Shown here: positions 17,034 to 25,397 of the stretch, one piece after another
How the letters are laid out: every line of letters begins with the position of its first letter
How positions within the stretch are numbered: position 1 is the first letter of the stretch
Assembly (NCBI GenBank): GCA_013813355.1
Contig: JACCRT010000054.1
Span: forward strand, 1-60,793
DNA length: 60,793 nucleotides
Origin: Acidobacteriota bacterium
Lineage (GTDB): Bacteria; Acidobacteriota; Vicinamibacteria; Vicinamibacterales; 2-12-FULL-66-21
Reading direction: 5' to 3'
The notes under the pieces: model-generated
What the model saw: the letters and a program-made list of their open reading frames with translations, nothing else
Database searches by the model: none
Told to the model about the DNA's origin: nothing
Made by a program: the position numbers and the translations under genes

Positions 17034-17423
17034 TCATGGCTCTGTCATCTCGATGCGCTCGGCATCGCCCCAAAGCCGTTCGAGCGAATAGAACGTGCGC
17101 ATCTGGGGCGTGAAGACGTGCACGATGAACGAGAAGAAGTCCAGCAGCACCCACTCAGCCCGGTCATACCCTTCAACGTGGTTGGGGCGCGCTCCCGCCG
17201 CGCGCAGCGCCTCTTCCACCCCGTCGGCAATCGCCTTGACCTGCCGCTGCGACTGCCCCGAGCACAGGACGAAACAATCGGTAAACGCCGGCGTGTTCCG
17301 CAGGTCGAGCACGACGACGTCGGTGGCCTTCTTGTCGAGGGCCGCCGCAACCGCCTTCGAGACCTCGGTGGGGAGCCGCTTCGATCCGGTTGCCACGCTG
17401 CGTTTTCGTTCAGTCTTAGCCAT
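17034..17423 (-). CDS. rsfS: Ribosome silencing factor
   Basis: ALDKKA.DVVVLDL, FVLCSG...QVKAI, W.LLDF...IVHVF....R..Y.LERLWGDA. Start set at ATG 17423. Confidence 0.95.
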   Translation of the reverse strand: MAKTERKRSVATGSKRLPTEVSKAVAAALDKKATDVVVLDLRNTPAFTDCFVLCSGQSQRQVKAIADGVEEALRAAGARPNHVEGYDRAEWVLLDFFSFIVHVFTPQMRTFYSLERLWGDAERIEMTEP

Positions 17424-18102
17424 GCAAGTGATCTGCCGATGGGATGACGGGTTGTAGGGAATAGAGCCCGTGTCGCAGGATGTGCGATTCCACCGCGGGC
17501 GCAACCAGGTCGGTGAGCGGTTCGCCCGTCGCGATCCGCCTGCGGATCTCCGTGGACGAAATGTCGGGAGTACGCGCGTCCAGAAGGAAAATCGCGGGGT
17601 CGCCAGAGCCTTCGTCGCTCCTGGCCGCCGACACCATCCGCGCGGTCAGCCCGGGCAGCCGTGTCCGCATCTCCGCCGCGGCGACCCCCGGACGCGAAAC
17701 GACGACAAAGTGGGCGAGCGAGAGCACGTGGGGATAGCGGCTCCACGTTTCAATTTCCGCAAACGCGTCGGCCCCCGTGATGAAGAAAATCTGCAACGCG
17801 GACAACCCGGTCCGGTGCAGCCGCTCGAGCGTGTCGGCGGTGTAGGACGGGGCGGAGGCGCACAGTTCGAGATCGCTGGTGACCAGGCCGTCGATCCCGT
17901 TCACCGCCAGCGATGCCATCGCGAACCGATGGTAGCCCGAGGCGTGGGGACGGGTGGAGCGATGGGGCGGCACCCGGGACGGCAGGATCACGACCTGGTC
18001 GAGTGCGAGGGCCGCACGAGCCGCCAGTGCCGCTTCGATGTGGCCCAGGTGAATGGGGTCCAGGGTGCCGCCGAGGATCCCCATCCGTACGGCTCCGCTC
18101 AT
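17416..18102 (-). CDS. nadD: Nicotinate-nucleotide adenylyltransferase
   Basis: GILGGTLDPIHLGH, SYT.DTL, FITGAD and ISSTEIR; synteny obgE-nadD-rsfS. Confidence 0.96.
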   Translation of the reverse strand: MSGAVRMGILGGTLDPIHLGHIEAALAARAALALDQVVILPSRVPPHRSTRPHASGYHRFAMASLAVNGIDGLVTSDLELCASAPSYTADTLERLHRTGLSALQIFFITGADAFAEIETWSRYPHVLSLAHFVVVSRPGVAAAEMRTRLPGLTARMVSAARSDEGSGDPAIFLLDARTPDISSTEIRRRIATGEPLTDLVAPAVESHILRHGLYSLQPVIPSADHLHG

Positions 18103-19169
18103 TCGGCGTGGGCGTCGACGGCCGGCGCGGCGACGGCGCGTGCCCGCGCGTCGGCAACTTCCCGCCAGATCGCTTCCAGCAGGGGACCGATGTCGGTGCC
18201 GGCGGCGGCCGACACAGCGAAGAACGGCAGGTCCAGCGAGCGGACGTGCGCCGCGAGGCGTGCCAGGCGATCCGGGTCGTCCAGCGCATCGATCTTGTTG
18301 GCCGCGACGAGGATCGGCTTGTCGATCAGCCGCTCGCCCGTCGCGTCGCGCCCCGGGAACAGCTCGAGCTCGCGCATGATGACGTCGAAATCCTCGACCG
18401 GGTCCCGCCCGCTGAGCGAGGACACGTCCACGAGGTGGACGAGCACCTTCGTACGCTCGAGATGGCTGAGAAAGCGGTGCCCCAGACCTGTTCCGGCGTG
18501 TGCGCCTTCGATCAAGCCCGGCACGTCGGCGACGACGAACGTACGTTCCCCGGAGAGGCCGACGACGCCCAGGTTCGGGACGAGTGTCGTGAACGGGTAG
18601 TCAGCGATCTTGGGGCGCGCCGCCGAGATCCGCGCAATCATCGTGCTCTTGCCCGCGTTGGGGAAGCCGACCAGGCCGACGTCAGCCAGCAGCTTGAGGT
18701 GAAGACGAAGGTCCTTTTCCTCGCCGGGCAAGCCGGCCTGTGTCTTTCGTGGCGCGCGGTTCGTGGAGGTGGTGTAATACGCGTTGCCGTGCCCGCCGAG
18801 GCCCCCCTTTGCCACCAGCACCCTCTGGCCATCCTCGGTGAGATCGGCCATCTGCACGAGCTCGCTATCTTCCTGCCGCTCGTACACCACGGTGCCGGTG
18901 GGGACCTGTAGCTCGACGTCGGCTCCGTTCTTCCCGGTGCGGGTGGAGCCTTCGCCGTGGCCGCCCCCGCCGGCTTCGAAGATTCTCTGGAACCGGTAGT
19001 TGAGAAGGGTGTTGAGGTTGGCGTTGGCGACGAAGTAGACAGAGCCGCCAGGGCCGCCGTTGCCGCCGTCGGGCCCGCCCCGCGGAACGAACTTCTCGCG
19101 CCTGAAGCTCAGCGCGCCGCGCCCGCCGTGGCCCGCCGTGACGTGGATGTCGACTTCGTCTACGAACAT
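18099..19169 (-). CDS. obgE: GTPase ObgE
   Basis: MFVDEV...FRREKFVPRGGPDGG, LADVGLVGFPNAGKST, DYPFTTL.PNLG and NKID. Confidence 0.98.
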   Translation of the reverse strand: MFVDEVDIHVTAGHGGRGALSFRREKFVPRGGPDGGNGGPGGSVYFVANANLNTLLNYRFQRIFEAGGGGHGEGSTRTGKNGADVELQVPTGTVVYERQEDSELVQMADLTEDGQRVLVAKGGLGGHGNAYYTTSTNRAPRKTQAGLPGEEKDLRLHLKLLADVGLVGFPNAGKSTMIARISAARPKIADYPFTTLVPNLGVVGLSGERTFVVADVPGLIEGAHAGTGLGHRFLSHLERTKVLVHLVDVSSLSGRDPVEDFDVIMRELELFPGRDATGERLIDKPILVAANKIDALDDPDRLARLAAHVRSLDLPFFAVSAAAGTDIGPLLEAIWREVADARARAVAAPAVDAHAE

Positions 19170-19224
19170 GCTTGGCTGATGGCCGCCGGCCGTACCGGCG
19201 CACCGCGCGCTCAGAACTGCGCGC

Positions 19225-19248
19225 GCCCGACCTGACGGTCGGGCCTAC
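19225..19248 (-). repeat. GTAG-type REP hairpin overlapping the rpmA stop codon
   Basis: Minus strand GTAG-GCCCGACC-GTCA-GGTCGGGC, a perfect 8-bp stem. Confidence 0.75.
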
Positions 19249-19505
19249 GATTCCAGGGGCAGGACGCTGATGACCCGGCCCCGCGCACCATGGTCCTCGA
19301 AGCGGACCTTGCCATCAATCTTTGCAAACAGCGTGTCGTCCTTGCCGAGGCCCACGTTGAGGCCCGGCCGGAACTTGCGCCCGCGCTGCCGGATGAGAAT
19401 CGAGCCGCCGGTGACGACGTTGCCGTCGTGGCGCTTGACGCCGAGGCGCTGCGCGTTGCTGTCGCGCCCGTTGCGTGAACTGCCCTGACCTTTTTTGGAT
19501 GCCAT
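19245..19505 (-). CDS. rpmA: 50S ribosomal protein L27
   Basis: [24 protein letters not shown]...GKDDTLFA. Start set at ATG 19505. Confidence 0.98.
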   Translation of the reverse strand: MASKKGQGSSRNGRDSNAQRLGVKRHDGNVVTGGSILIRQRGRKFRPGLNVGLGKDDTLFAKIDGKVRFEDHGARGRVISVLPLES

Positions 19506-19571
19506 TGCTTCTTCTTGCCCTCGGTGGGAACCCTGCAAGGGACGGCCCCGCCAGTCAATCATTTCTCACTA

Positions 19572-19594
19572 CGCGTGGGGCCCACTCCCACGCG
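19572..19594. repeat. Hairpin between rplU and rpmA
   Basis: CGCGTGGG-GCCCACT-CCCACGCG, a perfect 8-bp stem. Confidence 0.55.
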
Positions 19595-19624
19595 CTGCGA
19601 CGCCTCTCAGGCGCTTTTCAGCCT

Positions 19625-19939
19625 TTAGACGACGATATCGGTGATGCGAATACGTGTGTAGGTGCTGCGGTGACCCCTGGTCACCCGGTAACCCTTGCGG
19701 CGCTTCTTCTTGAACACGCGGATCTTCGGCCCGCGCGACTCGCCATCCACCACGCCCATAACCTTGACGTTGGCGACAAACGGCGCACCGGCCATCAACT
19801 CGCCGCCGTCCTTTTCGAGGAACAGGACCTGGTCGATCGTGACTTCCTGGCCCGGCTCGGCGTCGAAGCGGTCGACCGTGACGGTCTCCCCCGGCGTGAC
19901 CTTGACCTGGCGCCCGCCGCTCTGAATGATTGCGAACAC
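19625..19939 (-). CDS. rplU: 50S ribosomal protein L21
   Basis: MFAIIQSGGRQVKV...KIRVFKKKRRKGYR...GHR...T.IRI. Confidence 0.98.
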   Translation of the reverse strand: MFAIIQSGGRQVKVTPGETVTVDRFDAEPGQEVTIDQVLFLEKDGGELMAGAPFVANVKVMGVVDGESRGPKIRVFKKKRRKGYRVTRGHRSTYTRIRITDIVV

Positions 19940-19999
19940 GTTCCACCCTCCGGCCGAGGCCCGTACAGAGGCCTATCTGGCTCTATTACAAAAGCAATA

Positions 20000-20028
20000 A
20001 GCCTACCACGGACCCTCTGGCAAGGCAA
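20000..20028 (-). promoter_or_regulatory. Putative sigma70 promoter of the rplU operon
   Basis: Minus strand TTGCCT, 17-nt spacer ending TGG, then TAGGCT. Confidence 0.6.
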
Positions 20029-20065
20029 AGGGCAGGGCGCCGGCCCGGCACGTCGGACGGCCGTG

Positions 20066-20896
20066 TTACCGCAGCAGGATCCGCGTGCCGCGAATCTTCT
20101 GCATGCTGAGCGTGCCGAGGAAGCTCGGGATGATGCCGTCCATCATCTCGAAGTAGGCCGACAGCGGCGGCGTATTCTGCTGCGTGGGATAGAGACGCTC
20201 GTCCCGCATCGCCTCGGAGTGCAGCACCGTGCCGGTGCGACCGTCGATGAAGACGAACCGTGGCGCCAGGACGAAGCCCTTGCGCTCCATCCACATCCGC
20301 ACCGGGCGGACTTCCCGACGGCCCAGGTTGTCGTAGATTTCCTGGTTGCGGGTGACGAAGCCGGACGTCTGGTGCGGCGTGAAGAGAATCGTGCCGGTGA
20401 CGATGAGCGGGTTCTGATACTCCTCGCCGACGCGCTTCCAGAACTCCACGTCGGCGAAGATCGGGTTGAATCGCTCGAGATCCCGCTCGCTGTAGATCCG
20501 GACGTCCTGGGGCTCCGGCGACTGGGCAGGCGCCTGGACGGGCGGCTGGCTGTCGGTCGCTGACAGCGATCCGGCGGGCATGTCGCCGGCGGGTACGGCC
20601 TGCCCGCGCGCCTGGTCGAGCGCCAGCTCGGCCAGCGGAAGCACTTCCGCCTCGATCACGCGCAGGTTCGACCGCGAGCGCAACTGGCTGCGGAGCAGCC
20701 GCACCGTCTCGAGGTTCGCATCCACGTCGTCGGTCCCGCCGCTGATGAAGCCGGCGATGAGGACGCGCTGGAAGGCGCCCACATCCATCTTCGGCGCGAT
20801 GGGCGTCTCGATGGGCACCTCGAAGAAATTGGTGCAAGCCGCCGCGCCCAGAAGCAGCACGAGGCTAGCGGTCGCTGCGGCGTTTCGTGCGGTCAT
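20066..20896 (-). CDS. Hypothetical lipoprotein
   Basis: Signal peptide with a lipobox-like AAAC. Overlaps the upstream TPR gene. Confidence 0.75.
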   Translation of the reverse strand: MTARNAAATASLVLLLGAAACTNFFEVPIETPIAPKMDVGAFQRVLIAGFISGGTDDVDANLETVRLLRSQLRSRSNLRVIEAEVLPLAELALDQARGQAVPAGDMPAGSLSATDSQPPVQAPAQSPEPQDVRIYSERDLERFNPIFADVEFWKRVGEEYQNPLIVTGTILFTPHQTSGFVTRNQEIYDNLGRREVRPVRMWMERKGFVLAPRFVFIDGRTGTVLHSEAMRDERLYPTQQNTPPLSAYFEMMDGIIPSFLGTLSMQKIRGTRILLR

Positions 20897-21218
20897 TGAT
20901 TTCTTTGAAAAGATCGTAGTTCTGCTGAATCATCTGGTTCTTCGGCTCCAGCTGGATGGCCTTTTCGTACGCCGCTCGCGCATCGTCGAAACGCCCCTCC
21001 TGCTCGTAGCCAATGCCCAGGTTATTCCAGGCCTGCGCGTATTCCGGGTCGATCTGCACCGCACGTTCCCAGCGGTAGATCGCCTCCTTCCACAGGTTGT
21101 TCTGCGCGACCTTGATCCCGAACTCCACGTGGGCCTTCGCGTCGCCGCGCTGCGCCAATGCCGCCGCCGGCGCGGACACGATTACAGCCGCCGCGAGTGC
21201 CAAGGCTTTCAGCATCAT
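20865..21218 (-). CDS. Secreted tetratricopeptide-repeat protein
   Basis: Signal peptide (MMLKALALAAAV..ALA), TPR motifs AWNNLGIGYEQEG..A..AYEKAIQLEP. Start reassigned to 21218. Confidence 0.88.
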   Translation of the reverse strand: MMLKALALAAAVIVSAPAAALAQRGDAKAHVEFGIKVAQNNLWKEAIYRWERAVQIDPEYAQAWNNLGIGYEQEGRFDDARAAYEKAIQLEPKNQMIQQNYDLFKEINDRTKRRSDR

Positions 21219-21457
21219 CGGTGATTCGCCCACTATAGCCACCTGCCCGGGAGGCCGCAAGCAGTTTCCCACGGATACTGCCAACGGTCGGGGACACCGG
21301 AACCTACGGACACCGGCCCAGCCCGGTGACCCAACCGGGAGCAATGGGCATACCAAATGGACGCGCACTCCGGGATTTCGGATCCCAGGCCCAAAACCCT
21401 GGATTCAGGAGGTTAAGTGGCAGCCGGCTGAAGGTTATCGGGATGCAACCTTGTAGC

Positions 21458-21484
21458 ATCGGTGTGAATCCGTGTGATCCGTGG
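21458..21484 (-). repeat. Short periodic repeat (ACACGGATT-type), half element
   Basis: Reverse complement CCACGGATCACACGGATTCACACCGAT, similar to 2517-2543. Confidence 0.6.
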
Positions 21485-21502
21485 CTATAATTAAGGACAC
21501 TG

Positions 21503-21547
21503 AGGTCGGGCCGCGTTGCTGAGTGCAGCCGCGGCGCCGGCCTTTTT
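21503..21547 (+). terminator. Terminator-like hairpin with T-tract in the dprA leader
   Basis: AGGTCGG-GCCGCG-TTGC...GCAG-C-CGCGGC-G-CCGGCCT followed by TTTT, just downstream of TATAAT at 21486-21491. Confidence 0.55.
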
Positions 21548-21588
21548 GCGTCTGGCGTCGGGGCGGGTGTGCACAAGGAGCCGCCCCG

Positions 21589-22662
21589 ATGGATTTACAG
21601 GTCGCCGTTGCCGTTTCGATGCTACCCGCCTCTCGGTCTCGCGCGGCGGCTGTGTTCAAGACCCTCCGACAGCAGCTGTCAGGCCTCGGCCCTGCTGATG
21701 TGCTTGACGCTCTTGGCACGGTGGGGGTACATGGCCACGAGGCCGCTGCCGAGGCGCTGCGGTCGGCCGACGTCGCTTTGAAGGCAGGCTCCCGCGCCGG
21801 TATCGTGCCCGTGCCGTGGTTCGACGCCTGTTATCCCGCGCTGCTCAATTTCATTGCTGATCCGCCGCCGGTGCTCTGGATCAAGGGGAGCACCGACGTG
21901 CTGGCGCGCCGCGCCATTGCCGTCGTGGGCTCCCGTGCGGCGACCCGCTACGCCCTCGATGTCGGTTTTCGGCTGGGTTCGGAGCTGGCCGAACGTGGTG
22001 CGGTTGTCGTGAGCGGTCTGGCTCGCGGGGTGGATTCAGCAGCTCACCGGGGTTGCCTGGATGCGGGCGGCTCAACCGTGGCCGTCCTGGGGTCCGGGCT
22101 CGATAGGATCTATCCCGCTGAGCATGGCGCTCTCGCCGCAACTATCGAGAAAGACGGGGCGTTGATCAGCGAGCTGGCCCCAGGCGCCGCTCCATTGCCG
22201 GAGCATTTTCCGCTCAGAAACCGCATCATCAGCGGGATCTCGCTGGCCGTGGTGGTCGTCGAAGCCAGCGAGAACAGCGGGTCGCTTATCACTGGCCGCT
22301 ACGCAATGGAGCAGGGGCGGGACGTCATGGCCGTGCCGGGCAGCGTGCTGTCTGGGCGCAACCGCGGATCGCACGCGCTCCTGAAGGATGGAGCCAAGGT
22401 CGTCGAGACGGCGGAGGATGTCCTGGAGGATCTCGGCACATGGTCCACGGCTGTCCCGAAGAGTCTCGAAGGTAAGTCGTTGCCAGTAGATCCCTTGCTG
22501 GCCCATATGGACCCCGGCGAACCCTACCCGCTCGACCGGCTCGTGGAGCTGACCGGAATGGCCCCCTCGCGCCTGCTGATGCGGCTCACCGAGTTCGAGC
22601 TGCGGGGGCAGGTCGCCCGCTCCGGCGACGGCCGGTTTACCCGGGTGTTGGCCAGACGGTGA
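21589..22662 (+). CDS. dprA: DNA-processing protein DprA
   Basis: YPALL..IADPPPVL, AVVGSR, VSGLARGVD..AH, FP.RNRIISG and EA...SGSLIT. SD AAGGAG before ATG 21589. Confidence 0.96.
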   Translation: MDLQVAVAVSMLPASRSRAAAVFKTLRQQLSGLGPADVLDALGTVGVHGHEAAAEALRSADVALKAGSRAGIVPVPWFDACYPALLNFIADPPPVLWIKGSTDVLARRAIAVVGSRAATRYALDVGFRLGSELAERGAVVVSGLARGVDSAAHRGCLDAGGSTVAVLGSGLDRIYPAEHGALAATIEKDGALISELAPGAAPLPEHFPLRNRIISGISLAVVVVEASENSGSLITGRYAMEQGRDVMAVPGSVLSGRNRGSHALLKDGAKVVETAEDVLEDLGTWSTAVPKSLEGKSLPVDPLLAHMDPGEPYPLDRLVELTGMAPSRLLMRLTEFELRGQVARSGDGRFTRVLARR

Positions 22663-22671
22663 TAACGTCAG

Positions 22672-22944
22672 GTGTACGTCACACAGAAATCCACCGGGCT
22701 CGTCTGCCCCAAGGACGCCGGCGACGTCGTCGAACGCAAGTCGCGCCGGGGCACGGCATTCTACGGTTGCGCGAACTACCCCGATTGCGACTTCGTGCTG
22801 TGGAACAAACCGGTGCTGGAGCCGTGCCCGCAGTGCCAGTCGACGTTCCTGGTCGAGAAGGTGACGAAGCGCCACGGGCGGCAGCTACTGTGTAACACGG
22901 AGGGCTGCGACGACGTGCGGACGGAAGAGCTGACGACCGCGTAA
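22672..22944 (+). pseudogene. topA: DNA topoisomerase I C-terminal zinc-ribbon remnant (catalytic core absent)
   Basis: CPK..G.VVERKSRRG..FYGCANYP.CDF..WNKP..EPCP.C resembles TopA C4 zinc ribbons and lies in the topA slot of dprA-topA-trmFO-xerC. Only 90 codons. Confidence 0.85.
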
Positions 22945-22990
22945 CCGGGACGTGCCACGTGCTACGTGGCTGCAACGTCGCATACTTCAG

Positions 22991-24415
22991 ATGCCTATTC
23001 ACATAATCGGCGGCGGACTTGCCGGGTCCGAGGCGGCCTGGCAGGCGGCCGCGCTCGGCGTTCCGGTCGTTCTCCACGAGATGCGACCGGTGCGGGCGAC
23101 GGCCGTGCACAAGACCGACGGCCTGGCCGAGCTGGTGTGCAGCAACTCGTTCCGCGGCGACAAGCTCGACAACGCGGTCGGGTTGCTCAAGGAGGAGATG
23201 CGGCGGCTCGGGTCCGTCATCATGCGCGCGGCCGATCTTGCGCGCGTGCCCGCCGGCGCCGCCCTCGCCGTCGATCGGGAGCGCTTTTCCGGCGAGGTCA
23301 CGCGACTGGTCGGATCGCATCCGCTCGTCACCCTCGTGCGAGAGGAAGTGCCGCGCATGCCCTCCGACCTCGACGGCCCCCTCATCATCGCCACCGGGCC
23401 CCTCACGTCCGATTCCCTCTCCGCTGACATCGCCGCCATGGTCGGCAGGGACCACCTGTACTTTTACGACGCGATCAGCCCCATCGTCTCTGCGGACACC
23501 ATCGACATGTCAAAGGTGTTCCGCGCCTCTCGCTGGGGACGCCACTTACGGGGCGATGGCGACGCGGCAGGGGCCGTTCGCGAAGCGCCCCTGCACGTGT
23601 CTGGCCCCGCGTGCGGGATCGACGATGGGGAAGGTGACTACCTGAACTGTCCCTTCACGGCGGCGGAGTACGCGACGTTTTACGAGGCGCTCATGGCGGC
23701 CGAGAAGGCGCCGCTGCGCGAACTGGACGACCCGCGATTCTTCGAGGGGTGCCTGCCAATCGAGGTCATGGCCTCCCGTGGGGTGGATACGCTGCGGTTC
23801 GGGCCGATGAAGCCGGTCGGCTTGACGAATCCCTTGACCGGGCGGGAGGCATACGCCGTCGTCCAGCTCCGGCAGGACAATCTGGCCGGCGACCACTTCA
23901 GCCTTGTCGGCTTCCAGACGCAGATGAAGTGGGGGGAGCAGGCGCGCGTGCTCCGGCTCATTCCGGGGCTCGAGAACGCCGAGTTCGTCCGCTACGGCAT
24001 GATCCACCGCAACACCTACATCAACGGGCCGACCGTGCTGCGCGACACGTGGCAGGTGCGCGGACGCGATGACCTGTTCTTCGCGGGGCAGATTTCCGGC
24101 GTGGAAGGGTATGTCGAGTCGGCGGCGTCTGGCTTGATCGCGGGGCGCAACGCCGCGGCGCTCGTGCTCGGCCAGGTGCCGCGCGTGCCACCGCGGACGA
24201 CCGCGATCGGGGCGCTGGCCTATTACGTGTCGCACGCCGAGCCGAAACACTATCAGCCGACGAATATCACGTTCGGCATCATGCCGCCGCTGGTCCCTGA
24301 GGGCGGCAGGCGTGTGCCACGGAAGAAGGCGGATCGGAAGGCCGCGCACTCCGCGCGCGCGCTGGCGCACCTCGAGGCCTGGATGGCCGTGCCACATGAA
24401 ACAGCTCCTCGGTGA
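22991..24415 (+). CDS. trmFO: tRNA (uracil-54-C5)-methyltransferase TrmFO
   Basis: [39 protein letters not shown] and [15 protein letters not shown]. Start ATG 22991. Confidence 0.97.
   Translation: MPIHIIGGGLAGSEAAWQAAALGVPVVLHEMRPVRATAVHKTDGLAELVCSNSFRGDKLDNAVGLLKEEMRRLGSVIMRAADLARVPAGAALAVDRERFSGEVTRLVGSHPLVTLVREEVPRMPSDLDGPLIIATGPLTSDSLSADIAAMVGRDHLYFYDAISPIVSADTIDMSKVFRASRWGRHLRGDGDAAGAVREAPLHVSGPACGIDDGEGDYLNCPFTAAEYATFYEALMAAEKAPLRELDDPRFFEGCLPIEVMASRGVDTLRFGPMKPVGLTNPLTGREAYAVVQLRQDNLAGDHFSLVGFQTQMKWGEQARVLRLIPGLENAEFVRYGMIHRNTYINGPTVLRDTWQVRGRDDLFFAGQISGVEGYVESAASGLIAGRNAAALVLGQVPRVPPRTTAIGALAYYVSHAEPKHYQPTNITFGIMPPLVPEGGRRVPRKKADRKAAHSARALAHLEAWMAVPHETAPR
23567..23594. repeat. REP-like palindrome inside trmFO (in frame)
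   Basis: GCAGGGGC-CG-TTCGCGAA-GC-GCCCCTGC, translated as AGAVREAPL within an insertion in TrmFO. Confidence 0.65.
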
Positions 24416-25361
24416 CTTCCTCGAGCACCTGCGGTTGAACGAGAACGCTTCGTTGCACACCGTCCGGGCCTACGAGAGCGACTTGTCGCAGTTGCTGGCG
24501 TTCCTGGCCGCCGCGGGCGGCCGGCGGCGCGTGGACGTCGCGGTGGAAGCGATCGATCGGCTGACCATCCGGGCGTTCCTCGGCGACCTGCATGCGCGGG
24601 GAAACTCGCGCGCATCGGCCGCGCGCAAGCTGGCGGCCATCCGGACGTTCGCGAGGTACCTGCGTCGCGAAGGGGTGATCGACGGGGATCCGGCGGCCAT
24701 GGTGGGAACGCCCAAGCGCGAGCAGCGGCTGCCGGCGCACCTCGGGGAGGCCGAGATGGCGCGGCTGCTGGAGGTGCCGGACGGCACCACGCCGCTCGGA
24801 CGCCGCGATCGGGCGATCCTCGAGCTGTTCTACGCGTCGGGGCTCCGCCTGAGCGAACTCGTGGGCCTCGGCATCGAAGACGTAAACCTGAGCACGCGGG
24901 TCGTGCGTGTGCTCGGCAAGGGCAACAAGCAGCGTCTCGTGCCGTTCAACCGGAAGACGGAAGAGGCTCTTCGGGCCTGGATGAAAGACTGGTATCCCGT
25001 GCGCGCGGAAGCAGTTGCGTCCGCCGCGCAGGCGGGCAGGGCATCGGCGAAGTCAAAGCCGGTCCGGCGGCGGCCGCCGCAGCGGGATCCCTTGTTCCTG
25101 AACTATCAGGGAGGGCGGCTCTCGACGCGCAGCGTCGATCGGCTCGTCCGGAAGTACGTGGCGGCCTGCAGCACTCGCTTCGGGATCAGCCCGCATGCGC
25201 TACGGCATTCGTTTGCCACCCACCTGCTCGAGCGAGGCGCGGACCTCCGCGCGATCCAGGAGCTGCTCGGCCACACGCGCCTGAGCACGACGCAGCGCTA
25301 TACGCACGTCAACAGCGCACAGATCCTCGAGGCATATCGGAAGGCGCACCCGAAGGCCTGA
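24396..25361 (+). CDS. xerC: Tyrosine recombinase XerC
   Basis: [40 protein letters not shown] and [14 protein letters not shown]; synteny with trmFO. Start ATG 24396. Confidence 0.93.
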   Translation: MKQLLGDFLEHLRLNENASLHTVRAYESDLSQLLAFLAAAGGRRRVDVAVEAIDRLTIRAFLGDLHARGNSRASAARKLAAIRTFARYLRREGVIDGDPAAMVGTPKREQRLPAHLGEAEMARLLEVPDGTTPLGRRDRAILELFYASGLRLSELVGLGIEDVNLSTRVVRVLGKGNKQRLVPFNRKTEEALRAWMKDWYPVRAEAVASAAQAGRASAKSKPVRRRPPQRDPLFLNYQGGRLSTRSVDRLVRKYVAACSTRFGISPHALRHSFATHLLERGADLRAIQELLGHTRLSTTQRYTHVNSAQILEAYRKAHPKA

Positions 25362-25397
25362 CAGGGCAGGGTCAAGGGACAAAGGAAGGGGCACCAC

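Noticed and set aside
24396..25361. Tyrosine recombinase as a prophage or island integrase
   Set aside because: Its size, motifs and position after trmFO match chromosomal XerC. No att repeats or phage genes are seen.
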